This document shows positions 50,001 to 62,000 of a stretch of 64,000 nt of DNA, piece after piece. The stretch is from Aplysia californica. Taxonomy: Eukaryota. The stretch lies in contig NW_004797669.1 in assembly GCF_000002075.1 (NCBI RefSeq), forward strand, positions 654,548 to 718,547, in the 5' to 3' direction. The notes under the pieces are model-generated. The model was not told where the DNA came from, searched no databases, and saw only the letters and a program-made list of their open reading frames with translations. Each line of letters begins with the position of its first letter. Positions within the stretch are counted from its first letter, which is position 1. The translations under genes were made by a program, and so were the position numbers.

Positions 50001-53000
50001 AAAATCTTGTGTGATGATGAAGAGATGTTATTGTCATTATTATTATTATTCCTTTTGGTCACATGATGAGCGTTTGGCAGCCGCCTTCGTCCGTATTGTA
50101 ATTGATGATGGTCTCGCAGTGCCCGCTGACCTCATACGGTCCGATGCTGACGGCGTCATACTGCGCCGTACTGGCGTCACACTGCGCCGCCATGCTCAGG
50201 TCGTACTGCGTGCTGACGTCGCAGTGCGTGCTGTCCGTCTCGCTGCCACCACCGCCGCCTCCACCGCCTCCCCCACTGGCCGAGGAGGTGGCGTGGTGTC
50301 TCGGCGATGACGAGGACAATGCCCCGCCTCCTCCTGCCCCTGCCCCACCCCCTGCTCCTCCTCCTTCCCCCACATGGTTGGGAGTGAAATGGAAGTTTTC
50401 GTTGTGGAAACCGATACCTCCTATGCCGCCGCTGATACCACCCCCACTTATACCACCACTACCCGTGGCGGGGCCAGCGTACATCTGATGGTTCACCATC
50501 ATCTCCTGTCGGATGGCGTCGCCGGACACCGACGTTGTCATGGGGATGGCGTTGCTGTACACGTCACGCGTGACCTTTGCCCCGGAGGCCATGTCGTAGT
50601 AGATGACGCCGCAGAAGATGGGCGTGGTCACCGGGTGCGTCCAGGCCACGATCATGAGGAAGCGGTAGACGTGGGGCGGCTGGCGGTAGTGCACGTCCAG
50701 AAGGATGAGCGTGAAGAGTGGGTACCAGCAGAGCACGAAGGAGACCACCATGAGCATCATGGTCACGATGCGCCGCAGGTAGCGCCGGGTCTGCAGCATG
50801 GCCTTCTGTGAGGCCACGTCGTCGAACTCGTAGTGCACCTCCTCGGCCAGCTGGTCCGCTGTGGGCGTGGTGGTGAACGTGGTGGTGGTGTTCTCACCGC
50901 CGGCGCTGTTGTAGTGGTGGTGATGGTGCTGCTGATGATGCTGATGGTGGTGGTGGTGGGAGTGGGCGTTGTGCGAGGCGGACAGCGAGGAGAGCGACTT
51001 GTGCAGGAACGTCCACTTGCGGCTGCGCGCGCTGGAGCGCAGCTTGCGGAAGAAGTGGAAGAAGCTGACGGCCGCCACCACCACGGCGCCGGTGACCAGG
51101 ATGACCCACAGCGCGTGGATGACGTAGTTCTTGGTCACGCCGTACTGGTACACGCAGTTGCCCACCTCGTGGTTGAACTCGGAGCTGTAGAGGGGATGGG
51201 TGGGGAAGGGAGGGGTTAGGAGGAGATGGTTAATATGTAGACGAGTGATGGGATGAATAAAAGTGACTATAGTGTGTGTTTAAGGGGGGCGGGGTGGAGG
51301 AAAGGGGGGCGGTGGGAATCAGGAAGAGAGAGTTAACTCGACGAGTAATGAGATAAATGAATGGAAAAGGAGTGGAGAATGGGGTGGGGTGGGGGTAGGA
51401 GGAGATAGTTAATAAATAGACGAGTAATTGGATGGGTGAACNNNNNNNNNNNNNNNNNNNNNNNNNNNNNNNNNNNNNNNNNNNNNNNNNNNNNNNNNNN
51501 NNNNNNNNNNNNNNNNNNNNNNNNNNNNNNNNNNNNNNNNNNNNNNNNNNNNNNNNNNNNNNNNNNNNNNNNNNNNNNNNNNNNNNNNNNNNNNNNNNNN
51601 NNNNNNNNNNNNNNNNNNNNNNNNNNNNNNNNNNNNNNNNNNNNNNNNNNNNNNNNNNNNNNNNNNNNNNNNNNNNNNNNNNNNNNNNNNNNNNNNNNNN
51701 NNNNNNNNNNNNNNNNNNNNNNNNNNNNNNNNNNNNNNNNNNNNNNNNNNNNNNNNNNNNNNNNNNNNNNNNNNNNNNNNNNNNNNNNNNNNNNNNNNNN
51801 NNNNNNNNNNNNNNNNNNNNNNNNNNNNNNNNNNNNNNNNNNNNNNNNNNNNNNNNNNNNNNNNNNNNNNNNNNNNNNNNNNNNNNNNNNNNNNNNNNNN
51901 NNNNNNNNNNNNNNNNNNNNNNNNNNNNNNNNNNNNNNNNNNNNNNNNNNNNNNNNNNNNNNNNNNNNNNNNNNNNNNNNNNNNNNNNNNNNNNNNNNNN
52001 NNNNNNNNNNNNNNNNNNNNNNNNNNNNNNNNNNNNNNNNNNNNNNNNNNNNNNNNNNNNNNNNNNNNNNNNNNNNNNNNNNNNNNNNNNNNNNNNNNNN
52101 NNNNNNNNNNNNNNNNNNNNNNNNNNNNNNNNNNNNNNNNNNNNNNNNNNNNNNNNNNNNNNNNNNNNNNNNNNNNNNNNNNNNNNNNNNNNNNNNNNNN
52201 NNNNNNNNNNNNNNNNNNNNNNNNNNNNNNNNNNNNNNNNNNNNNNNNNNNNNNNNNNNNNNNNNNNNNNNNNNNNNNNNNNNNNNNNNNNNNNNNNAGA
52301 AAAGGGTAGAAGTAATTACGGGTGTCAGAAACGGACGGGAAGACGAAGAAAGTGGGTTAAGCTGTCCCCGTGGTTTTATGCACCCCGCATAATTCAGCAA
52401 AATTTGATAATTTTTTTGGTGCATAATTTCGGATTATTTTCCTTTATCGTTCTTTGTTAAAATTAACAGAATCGCATAATTTCACATTTTTTGGCTCAAC
52501 TTGCAGATTTTTTTTCTTTCATAAAACCGCGGGGACAGGTTAAGAAATAGGGATATGCAATAGTGGGCTGGGGAAGAGGGCGTGTGTGAGAAATAGGAAG
52601 GCGAAATACTGGGTTGAGAAACTGGGAGATGAAATAACAGGTTGGGAAACTGGGAGAGACGAGAATGTTTCTGAGCGTTTTAGGGTCTGCTGGGGTAAAG
52701 GTAAAGATAGAACAGTTGTAAAGCGCATAGAGTTTGCTGTAGATCATGTATGGATGCTTTGTATAAATGCAATTATCAATATTAAATGACGAATTGTGTG
52801 AAAGTGAAACGTTAAGGCAAAATGACGGTTCGGGCAACGGGGAGACGATCGAGACTTAATTTTAATGTCATGAGCAGAACAATGAACTGGAAGAGGGGGG
52901 GGGGGTTGCCATAAAAAGTAAAAGACAAGCGTACATACCCAGCTCCCAGCACGTCACAGTGCGGGATGGACGTATGGAGCAGTAGACTGTAGCCGAAGGG

Positions 53001-56000
53001 CAGACAGAAGCCAGACTTGACGGCGTCCAGGAGGCAGTGGTGGAACAAGAAGGCGGAGCTCATCTGTCGGAAGGCGGGGCACAGCAGGGTGACGAGCATG
53101 GCGAAGATGTTGCCCAGCCCGCCCAGCACGGCCACGACCAATAGCAGCGCGCCCTCGGCCGTGGAGGGTGGGAGGTGGTGGGAGGAGTTTGTGTAGCGGG
53201 GCGGGGCTCCGCCGTCGGCCGGGCTGCTGCGGTCGATGAGCGAGTAGCCGACCTTCATTGTATTGTGTGTGTGTTTTTTTGTGTGTTTTTTTGTTAGTGT
53301 GTTTGTGTGTGTATGTGTGAGTGTGTGTGTGTGAGGGTGAGGGTGAGATAGAAAGATCGGTGAAGAGCGGGAAAGAAAGAGATAGATAGCGAGNNNNNNN
53401 NNNNNNNNNNNNNNNNNNNNNNNNNNNNNNNNNNNNNNNNNNNNNNNNNNNNNNNNNNNNNNNNNNNNNNNNNNNNNNNNNNNNNNNNNNNNNNNNNNNN
53501 NNNNNNNNNNNNNNNNNNNNNNNNNNNNNNNNNNNNNNNNNNNNNNNNNNNNNNNNNNNNNNNNNNNNNNNNNAAGAACTTGTAATCTTCTTCCAATTCC
53601 CTTTCTGTGTAACGCTGGATCATATGTAATAAAAGTACGGCTGGAGTGCGTTCTTTCTCTTCTTCCCCTCTGTTGTTTCTGTTGGTTTTTCTTGCGTTAT
53701 TTTATTCCAACACGAAATGGCCGTAATTATTATGTCGATGTCTATATCTACTCAACAAACAAAGGCATTTGAATTAGTGCCTACTGTAGCCTAATGGAAT
53801 TCTGTCCTCCCTTGGAAAAAGAATTAGCCTACTGTAGCTTGTTCGTGACTATGGATACCGGTTTGACGTAGTCAACTAGTGTGTTGTTCTCCCGTCTGTG
53901 ACGTAGTCAACTTTTGCGTTGTTTCGCCCCGTTGTGACGTAGTCAGTCCTTGTGCTGTTCTGCTCGGCTGCAATTGGCGGGGAGACTAGTGAACTTGACT
54001 GACAATCGTGCATTGTTTGTTTGTTTGTTTGTTTGATTGTTTGCTCTCAAATGAGAAGGTGGTTGGTGTCCATTCTTGTGTTGCCAGCCTTTTCACATCT
54101 TTTCCGCCTTGTTGTAAGCCTCTCTATTCTCTCTGCGCGGGTGGTGGTTGGGAGCCAACTTCTTTTCTGTCGCTCCGTTGTTTCTGTCTGTCTCTCTTGC
54201 TTTGTTCCGGCCCTAAATAACTGTTAATGTGTCGATGTGGTTCTGTTTGCTCAATAAAAACAGCTACATTAAATGTAGTTTGTTCCTGACTAGGTGTGCT
54301 CGTCCAGATTTTCTTTTATGTCTTTGTCCAGAGATTGGTCTTTGCCGCCTTCCTGCGTGAATGTACCTGTACGGAAGAAAAATGGGGGGGGGGTTATACT
54401 CAGGAAAGTAGTGTGTGGGTGGTTGGCGGGTGCTCTGGTGTGGTTTGCTTCTTCTCTCCTATCAAACATCTATCGTCCTGACCTCTCCTTCTTTTTTGCG
54501 ATTGTTACTCTCTTGTAACACCTCTAATCTTCTTCACTTATATAACCCTTTTGTGTTGCAAGTGCCGTAATACTCGTACTAAAACTAAAACTTAACTCCC
54601 CTCCTTCTTGTTTGTGTTTATTACTCTCTTGCAACGCCTCTAATTTTCGGCACCTATATGACCCTATTGTGTTGCAAGTCCCGTAAAATACTTACTATAT
54701 TAAAAAAAATTTAAGCTATTGGCTACTTGTTTCTCTTACATAGAGAAATGTCTGTTTTCTCGCCGACTCGCCGTACGTACAACTCATCTCTAACCTTCCA
54801 CACGTAATGAAATTTTCTGGTTTCCCCTGATCAAACCCAGTTTTTGATGACACAGTGTGGTGAAGAGGTCCGCCCACGCTACGTCGAGGCCAGGGCAAGC
54901 ACCATCGAGCCTAGATAGTGTTTGGATTGGTGGCCCTTGTAATGTGCCACTTTATGCGTTTCCCCAAAGCTACCTTTTCAGCTTCTCTTGGACTATAGCA
55001 ACGAACTTTGAAATTTGAAGTGGGTGGTCGGCGGGTGCTCTGGTGGGGTTTACTCCGTCTTTTCCTCTAAAACATCTATTGTGTTCTTATATCTCCTTCT
55101 ATGTTTTGTGTTTGTTACTCTCATGATACGCCTTAACTTCGTCGCTTATATGACCCAATCGTGTTGTAAAAGCTGCAAAATTTACTTTAAAAGTTTGAAA
55201 ACCTTTGCAGGATTAAAGTGCACGTTTTTGTAATATGAAAAGATTTCTTGTTCACCATTATTTTATGGCTGGTTGCAGGCGTCACTCATGCCAAGTCCTT
55301 TTTTTCTTAGTTTCCTCTGTTGTTTCTGCTGCCTGTCTTTCTGTNNNNNNNNNNNNNNNNNNNNNNNNNNNNNNNNNNNNNNNNNNNNNNNNNNNNNNNN
55401 NNNNNNNNNNNNNNNNNNNNNNNNNNNNNNNNNNNNNNNNNNNNNNNNNNNNNNNNNNNNNNNNNNNNNNNNNCCCTCTTCGTAAACAAACTGTTTTTGT
55501 ATCTCCATTTTTGAACATGTGGAAGAATAAAATGGTCTATTCTTTGTGTCCCCCCCCCCCCCCCACCCTTCCACCTCTTTGAGTAAATCATTTCCAATGA
55601 CACTGCTAGTTCAAAATTAAAATTAGCATGCTGTAAAACATGCTCTTTTCGTGAGCTTTTAGTCTTGATAAAACGTTAAGTTTGGGTTTTTATGAGCGGT
55701 TGATTTATGTTCCCCTTGCCTAACATTCATGGAAATGACTGTTTTATGCAATTGTAATGAGTGAATAAAACTGATTTGTGAAAGACACCTTTATTGTTAG
55801 CTCTGTTAGCATACCCCCCCCCCCCCAAAAAAAAAAGCGATTCATAGAAACACAAACGTATTTTTTTTGGAAAAGCAGCCAGTCACGCACAAGAAGGAAA
55901 ACCTGCAAGTCATATATATGCGTGGGGGGGGGGGGGGGGAGAGGGGGGGGGGAATAAATGGTTGGGAAAAAATTGTCAGTTATGAACCTGGAAAGATAAC

Positions 56001-59000
56001 CAATCCTGAACTTGTATTTAAAAAGCACCAGCCCATCATTTATTTTTTGTGTCTTCTTGTCTCGCCAGAGTGACCCATGGCGACATGTGAGTGAAGTGGC
56101 TGACCTTGTGGAGGTGGAGCTACGTGACCTTGAGCGTCGTTGTCTGCTGGGACGGGGAGTCAAGGACATGAATGAACTCCGTTGTCTAGAGGAAGCCTGG
56201 TCTCGCTACACCGCCATCTCTGAGCCTGGTCAGTTTACTGTTCTCATAGCGATGGTATCAGGCGCAAATGGGTTAACTCTAACATTTTTTAAAGCTTTTT
56301 TAAAAAACTATTGTAAAGCACGGTTAAATTCATCTTGTCAATAAATTGAATAGAAATTCATTGAATATACAAACGCATGAAACTTTAAAATGCAATATGA
56401 ACTGAAGGGGGGTCTTTGATAGTATGATCAAAGTTTTTAGCCTTTCCTGTAAAATACACTTCCTGGGAAATGGCCCATTTGTGCTCAACACCATATATCA
56501 CATTTGTTTTTATATCTTTGGTAAATGTTACGACTCACTTTGCATGTCTTTCTCGTTTTTGTTTGATTATAATTCAGTGAGGATGATTAAAAGGGACCTT
56601 TGATAGCAGTAGATAATTGACACATTAAAAGAAGAGATTTTCATAATTAATGATAGTTTTAAAATGTGTTTTTTTTCGCTTCTCTTTATACAGAAAAATA
56701 GTTAAATAGTTAGATTTGATATTGATATATTTCAGTGCTGGGGAATGACAAACTTTTTGAATATTTGTTGGGTTTTTTTTCTTAAGAATGCATGGAAAAT
56801 ATCTGTAACTTTTTTTCTGTACAGAGAACTTATCGGGAAAAGAAGAGTTGGAAACCTTGAGCTTGCTGGCGAAGACTTTGCAAAGCGTGGTGGACCTCAT
56901 GGACAGAGTGAGGACAGAGACTTCTGGTAAGTAAACTAATAAAAAGAGGGTTAGCTTTACTTTGATCAGAGAGTGATACACTGTGGTAGGCAAGGATGGT
57001 TTGTTCATGTTTTAAATTGTGTTTATGCCTTCCACGAACTGCAGTTATGATGTTTAAAAGAAAAAGACGACTGACTGAAAGACAAGTGAAAAGGCAAATA
57101 AGGCTAGAGAAAAATTGCTTTTGTGCATGAATAAGAAGAATTTTTCTTTTTGAGATCAATTTTATTTTCATAGTTAGCTTAAAACATTATTATTTTATCA
57201 GGCTTTTTATTGTGGGGCAGATATTCCTGTCTGGTCATTGAAGTTGTCATTTAGACTAGAATTATACTGCATTTGAATGCAGAAGGGACTTTTTCAGATG
57301 TTAATATAGTTCATGAAGCTTGAATGTTCTGGATGCCACCAGAAAAAAAATAATTGTGCAGCTTCCTCTAGGTAGTTCTGAAAGCTTAGACTAAAGCTTT
57401 TGAGCATGTTTTTTAATAAAAATGGTGCAACTCAAAGTGGTGCAACTCAAAGAGGTTATTACAGTTATATTCGGTGCTGGAGTTCATAGCAGTGATGTTC
57501 TGCCACATAAAAGCATGGGGGCTGATGCGGATGAGTATTTTTTTAGACTCATGTGGAGGCGTCTCAGTGGTCTTAGGGAGGGAATCTACATGCTTATACT
57601 GAAATATGGGGGCAGGGTGGTGTTTAGTATACTAGAGCCCATGGGGAGCGGGATGGGGGCTCAGATTGTTCATGTAAATGGGGGCTCAGATTGTTCTTTT
57701 AAATTGGGGCACGCCGCCCATGCTGAAGAGGGTAAGAAGGCCCTCAAGTCTGACACGTGTGGCATCACTGCTGTGAGCTCTAGTATTATATATAAACCTC
57801 TTTGAGTACAACTTTATTTGTATTTAGATTGTCTGGACACACCTGAGATTTGTGAAAGTATAGTACTTACATATTTTTTAAAATGTTGTAAATGGGAAAA
57901 TGATTTTAATTCATATGATTTCTGTCTCGTAAAACAATTTTTCCAGCAAGTTTCTCCCAGCTGAAGGAACGACTGGCCAGTCTGACCTCATCTATATCCA
58001 GCCTGAGGCCCAGTGGCCGAGGGGGCATGTTTGAGTGGGTGGACAGCATGCTGGTCAAGGCGGTCAGGGATGGTCACTGGCTCCTGGTGGACAATGTCAA
58101 CTTTTGCAGGTAAAAGTTGTATATACTAGCATTTTGACTGGTGTCTGTTGTGTAGAAGTTAGTTGGGTTTTTTTGTGTTCTTAAGATGATGTTCTTACAT
58201 CAAATAAGTGTTTTTGAAAGTGTTTTTATTTGTGTTTAAATAACTTTTTTTAAATTAACGGTTTTTGTTGTTGTTTGTTTTAAGAGCTGTTTTTGAGGGC
58301 AATATGCATTGTGTTTGAAAATGCTATTTTATGTTTATGAGTTGTTTTTGAAAGTGCTGTTTTTTAAGTGCCTGTTTTTATTTCTCAAAAGCTGTTTTTG
58401 TCTTTAAAAAACTTTTTGAAAGTGCTGTTGTTGTGTTTAAAGAGCTGTTGTTGAAAGTGCTCTTTTAGTATTTAGAAAGCTGTTTTTGAAAGTGCTGTTT
58501 TTATGTTTCAAGAACTGTTTTTAAAAGAGTTGTTGTTGTTCCCAGTGCCTCGGTGCTGGACCGACTGAACGCTCTGTTGGAGCCACACGGAGAGCTCAGC
58601 ATCAACGAAAGAGGAACGGTGGACGGACAGATCCCCAGCATAAAACCACACCCAAACTTCAGGTGAGGGACGCTTTTGGGAATAACGTGCCTCTTTCTTT
58701 TTTACTAATAGTTTATGTTATCTATATTGTGTTTTCATTTACTTGTATTGTTTGTACATATTCTCATTTTTGTCTTTAAATGATGCAGTTTTTATTTTTA
58801 CAACTATTTCAGATGATTTACATTATGGGTCACTTACTTAACTTATATATCATGTGTTCTATTATTTTATCTCTGTGAATAATGTGGCACTCTTTGTTAA
58901 CTGTACCAGACCATTTATATTATGTGTCGTTTATTTATTGTGATATGTGTGCTAGTCTTTCATGTCAGTTTCCTGATCCAGAAGAGGATAAAACTTAGTC

Positions 59001-62000
59001 GGAGCAGTCTGTAAAAACTGACTTTGGACATTATCCATACATTTTATAAGAATATTATTGAAGTAGTCCCCTAAAGATTATGCAAAATCAATGATATTTC
59101 TTTTCTTTTTTTTTTTCAAATCGAAAAAGAATTTTGAACGGCCAGTTTTTGCATTATCAATATAGACAGATCCTTTCTCAAAAAGTATTTATTTGTCTAT
59201 TTTCACAGAATAAATAAAATAAATACACTTATTGCTCTACTCTCCGCTGTGCTTTTTTTCAGACTTTTCTTTGCAATGGACCCCCGATATGGAGAGATAT
59301 CTCGCGCCATGAGGAACAGAGGCATTGAGATTTACATTCTAGGCGAGGTTGGTGCTTATTTTACTCATTACAGATTTTTCTGTTATCATTGTTAAGACAT
59401 TTCCCTTCTTCGGTGTGTTATGAGTTTTTTGTTTGAGTAAAGATTAATACTTTGACACTGCAACGGCCAGTTAATGCTGGGAAAAACAAGACAGACAAAC
59501 AGCAGGGTGGAAGATTTTAGTCACTCTTTGTGTCTTTTTCAAAACGTTATTTTATTTTCCATATTTCTTTTTTTCTTTTCTCTCCCGCCCCCTCCCCCCT
59601 TGTAAATATGGTTGATAATCCAATATCATGTGAGCTCGATGCCACATACAGGTCTTTGGTAAACAAAACCCCCAAAAATATTGATTATTTTTAAATTTCT
59701 TTCTTTCCAGGAGGACGGCTCTTCTTTAGACAGACAAGACATTCTGCACCTCCTACAAGATTCCGGTCTGGAGGATCCCCGTGATAGTTCCTGGCTGCTG
59801 GATAGTCACATGACCCTTCAGGCAACGTTGCCTCGTGGTGACCGCCTCACTATAGTGGACATGTTGCAGGTGGCCGTTTCCTGCTCTCTGCTGGTCAAGC
59901 GTGGAGTGACAAAGTGTGAGGCTTTCCGCCATGCCATGGAGGATGTTTATGTCAGTCCGCGGAGCACATTGCAGTTGAAAAAGGTAGTTTTTCTTATTCA
60001 GTGGTGTGACTTTGTTTTTTGCTTTTTTTGGAAATTTGGTCTTCTCAGTGAAGTCTGACCTCTCTTTTTGCAGTTGGGCTTTCTATGATAATGAGTGAAT
60101 AGTATTAACAGTTAAAAATAATACAAGTGGTTCTCGGGTGACACTCGTAGGCCCTATTTCTTTTCTTTCTGTGTTGTGTCTGTGGTTCTTGCTTTTTCCT
60201 TGTCTGAAATAATGCTTATTGTGTCAGTATTCTTCTCTTTACTGTAACAAATGATTGCTGAAGTTAGTTCTTTTTTTGTGATTCTAATGGTAGCAAACAG
60301 AGGAGACGAATCAATGGGGTAATCAAGTGATTTGAAAGTGAAAAAGGTGTTGTCTGTACTTTTTGTGTCTTCTAATCTTCTCAGTTTGATTAGCAAAATG
60401 ATTTTAAAAGGTGGATGTTGAGTGTGTTGAGCTCCTTAGTTTTTGAGATACTATTGGGTATGTGTGCTTGTTTCAGCACTTGCGAGCTGCCATCTCCGAA
60501 TGCCTGCAGCTCCTGCAGGAGAGTGGTCAGGGGGAGAAGACTCTGATGTTGTGGAGCCAGGCAGTGCCAGGGGAGAGCAGCTGGATGCTTCAGCTCAAGG
60601 CCAACGCTCGTTTCCTGTTCAGTCAGATACAGGAAGCTGCTGCCAGCAAGAGGTAGGCAGAAGACTTCCTGCAGTTGCTCTCTTTTTACTTTGATCATGT
60701 TTCATTCCGTGTTGTGACAGTTCTTGTGGTTTTTGACAATAAAGTGGTCTGTCCTTATGGTCTACAACTTCATGAAGTAATACATCAAAGCAGTGGGTAG
60801 TTAGTAGGTGCTATTGTGTTGTTTGCTCCTTCTTTCCTATCAAACATCTATCGCCCATTTCGTTCCTCTTTCTTTTTGTGTTTGTTACTCTCTTGAAACA
60901 CCTCCAATCTTTGGCACTTACATGACTTTATTGTGTTGCAAGTGCTATAAAACTTTCTAATAAAAGCTCATACATCGAAGCAGGGACTGGGGAAGATGGA
61001 GGCCGGCTGTGGCAAGGAGTTGGGTAACATCAAACCAATACGACCATGGTGAGAGATGACCTGCACTTTTCAATGCGCTTTTACATACATGGCTAACTCT
61101 GTGTGCTCTTAGCTCCTGTAGTGAGCCAGATAAGATGTCTGGTCATGTACGGCAAATCTGCCTGCTGTTCCCTTTGTTGTTATACCTTTATGGTAAATTA
61201 TGTTTATTACCGATTTTTAAAATCATTTATAAAGAAAAGCTCCATTCCCTTTTATTGAGTGCGCCTAACCTTTGAAACATTCTACTGCCATCGTAAACGA
61301 CCAAGACAAATTTGTCCCTGTGAGATGAATATAGATTGTCATTGTCATTGTCATTATTTATGGTCTCCTCAGTTCTGATGTGCCTGCAGTTCGAGTCCAG
61401 CTGTGTACTGCTGCCGGCATCGTCCAGTCCTTACTGTCAGAACCAGGTCACTCCCTGCTCGGCCAGTGGTTGGACACAGTGTGGCCCAGTTTCCAGTCAG
61501 CCCTGGCCGCTGGTGTGGGAGAGGGCCGGGAGAAGGAGGAAGTGGATGCGCTGCTGGCGGATGTGAGAGCTGTCCTGAGCGGCAGTTCTGCCCATGTCTT
61601 CGAGTCTTCGGCTTGGCGGGATCTGCAGGCCGCTGTGGAGAGGATGTTTTCTTCCTCCTCGGCTGGTGAGAGGCTTTTTCTGTCTTGAAGCTCTCTTGTG
61701 TCTGTCTATTTGTTTGCGTCTGGTTTGCTAAACATTCAGCCCAAGTTTGCTGTGACTGGGTGGGTTGATGCTGTCTGTTTCCTAAATGGTCGAAACTGTG
61801 AATTGTGTCTGTAGTGCTGTAAAACATCTACTCAACCAATGAAAAACCACATTGTGATGATGTGGGGTACATATACACTGTATTGAGAACTTTAAGATTC
61901 CTTGTATTCTTTTGTTCTGTTGAATCTGTATTGTTGCTGTCTAGTTTGTCTCATAGTTTCCTTTGAATTGTGTAATTTAGCGGACAGTGAATCTTTAAGT

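Noticed and set aside
50102-51219. Plus-strand Pro-rich and Val-rich ORFs overlapping the GPCR
   Set aside because: Shadow ORFs of a GC-rich, codon-biased minus-strand exon
51333-52460. Long ORFs (318-363 aa) in the ORF track
   Set aside because: Almost entirely N; artefacts of the gap, like the other X-rich ORFs
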